Made by a program: the position numbers and the translations under genes. 24,000 nucleotides of DNA from Comamonas odontotermitis (GTDB lineage: Bacteria > Pseudomonadota > Gammaproteobacteria > Burkholderiales > Burkholderiaceae_C), in the NCBI RefSeq assembly GCF_042748965.1, contig NZ_JBHYRT010000003.1; one strand, written 5' to 3'. Positions 23,441 to 24,000 of the stretch are shown piece by piece. Within the stretch, counting starts at the first letter, position 1. Each line of letters opens with the position of its first letter. The notes beneath the pieces are model-generated. The model worked only from the letters and a program-made list of their open reading frames with translations, did no database searches and had not been told where the DNA came from.

Positions 23441-24000
23441 TCAGTGCACGCTTAACAGTTCATCACCACCAATGAAATTCACGAGGCGGCCAACGCCTTC
23501 GATCTCGGTCACGATTTCGTCGCCCACCCTGGAATCGGCTACACCGTCAGGCGTTCCGGTCAGGATCAGGTCGCCGGGGTTCAGGGTCATCATGCTCGAC
23601 AGGTGAGCGATCAGCGAAGGGATGCTGTGCACCATGTCGGCCGTGTTGCCGTCCTGCTTCAACTCGCCGTTGACCCAGCTGCGCAGGCGCAGATGCATCG
23701 GGTCTGCGATATCAGCCGCATCCACCAGCCAGGGCCCCACCGGCGTTGCGCCGTCGCGGTTCTTGACGCGCAGATTGGGGCGGTAGTAGTTCTCCAGGTA
23801 GTCGCGGATCGCATAGTCGTTGGCGGTGACGTAACCGGCAACCACACTGTACGCGTCTTCCTTCTTGACGTTGCGGCAGGTCTTGCCGATCACCACGCCC
23901 AGTTCGCACTCGAAGTGCATATAGGTGACGTCAGATGGTCGGCGTGTGCGGCAGCGGTGGCCATTGAGCGCATTCGGCCCCTTGAGGAACACCAGCGGTT
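23441..24000 (-). CDS. hpaG: HpaG-type FAH-family enzyme (5-oxopent-3-ene-1,2,5-tricarboxylate decarboxylase / 2-hydroxyhepta-2,4-diene-1,7-dioate isomerase), C-terminal part; 5-prime end beyond window
   Basis: The reading frame is open to the window edge; the GTG at 23992 is only the ORF-track start. Fumarylacetoacetate-hydrolase-fold blocks are present: FLKGPNAL, ECELGVVIGK, VAGYVTANDYAIRD, NRDGATPVGPW and LNPGDLILTGTP. Confidence 0.82.
   Translation of the reverse strand, partial: PLVFLKGPNALNGHRCRTRRPSDVTYMHFECELGVVIGKTCRNVKKEDAYSVVAGYVTANDYAIRDYLENYYRPNLRVKNRDGATPVGPWLVDAADIADPMHLRLRSWVNGELKQDGNTADMVHSIPSLIAHLSSMMTLNPGDLILTGTPDGVADSRVGDEIVTEIEGVGRLVNFIGGDELLSVH

Noticed and set aside
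23424-23441. Small hairpin AGAACG-tgtttg-CGTTCT between hpaG and hpaE
   Set aside because: It has only a 6-bp stem and no U-tract, and it sits 25 bp upstream of a strong hpaE RBS within a tightly packed operon. It is too weak to call a terminator or regulatory element.
1-24000. Search for mobile elements, defence systems, CRISPR repeats, tRNA/rRNA genes, toxin-antitoxin-sized gene pairs or unexplained gene-free regions
   Set aside because: None was seen. All gaps over 100 bp (522-635, 1579-1693, 3348-3589, 13201-13350, 14498-14648, 18311-18423) are accounted for by promoters, terminators or the structures described. No short tandem or spaced repeats, integrase or transposase motifs, or cloverleaf-like sequences were noticed. 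The window looks like ordinary catabolic gene content rather than an accessory island.

Overview
High-GC (about 64%) betaproteobacterial DNA, probably Burkholderiales or Comamonadaceae; that guess rests on an orphan Bug/TctC binding protein, a TetR-type PaaR and a stand-alone PaaN. The window is a densely packed aromatic-acid catabolic region, and nearly every base is explained by ordinary genes. From left to right: (1) the 3-prime end of a yceH/DUF480 gene and a cytoplasmic DyP-type peroxidase, closed by a bidirectional terminator. (2) A phenylacetate (paa) cluster. paaN lies on the minus strand, divergent from a long plus-strand operon paaG-paaI-paaK-[penicillin G acylase-like gene]-paaABCDE-paaR. 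A sigma70-like promoter and a PaaR-type palindromic operator sit in the divergent intergenic region. (3) A Liv/HAAT-type ABC importer: binding protein, LivH-like permease, fused LivM-LivG, and LivF. (4) A convergent minus-strand homoprotocatechuate meta-cleavage operon: hpaG (partial), hpaE, a Bug/TctC binding protein, a two-subunit LigA/LigB-type extradiol dioxygenase, hpaF and hpaH. I see no tRNA or rRNA genes, CRISPR arrays, transposases, integrases, phage genes or defence-like genes, and no unexplained large gap. I therefore do not claim a novel system. The most noteworthy points are the close penicillin G acylase homologue inside the paa operon with a possible Tat plus lipobox signal, the LigAB-type dioxygenase and Bug protein inside the hpa operon, and the recognisable operator. 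All family assignments come from reading the translations by eye; no database search was run.
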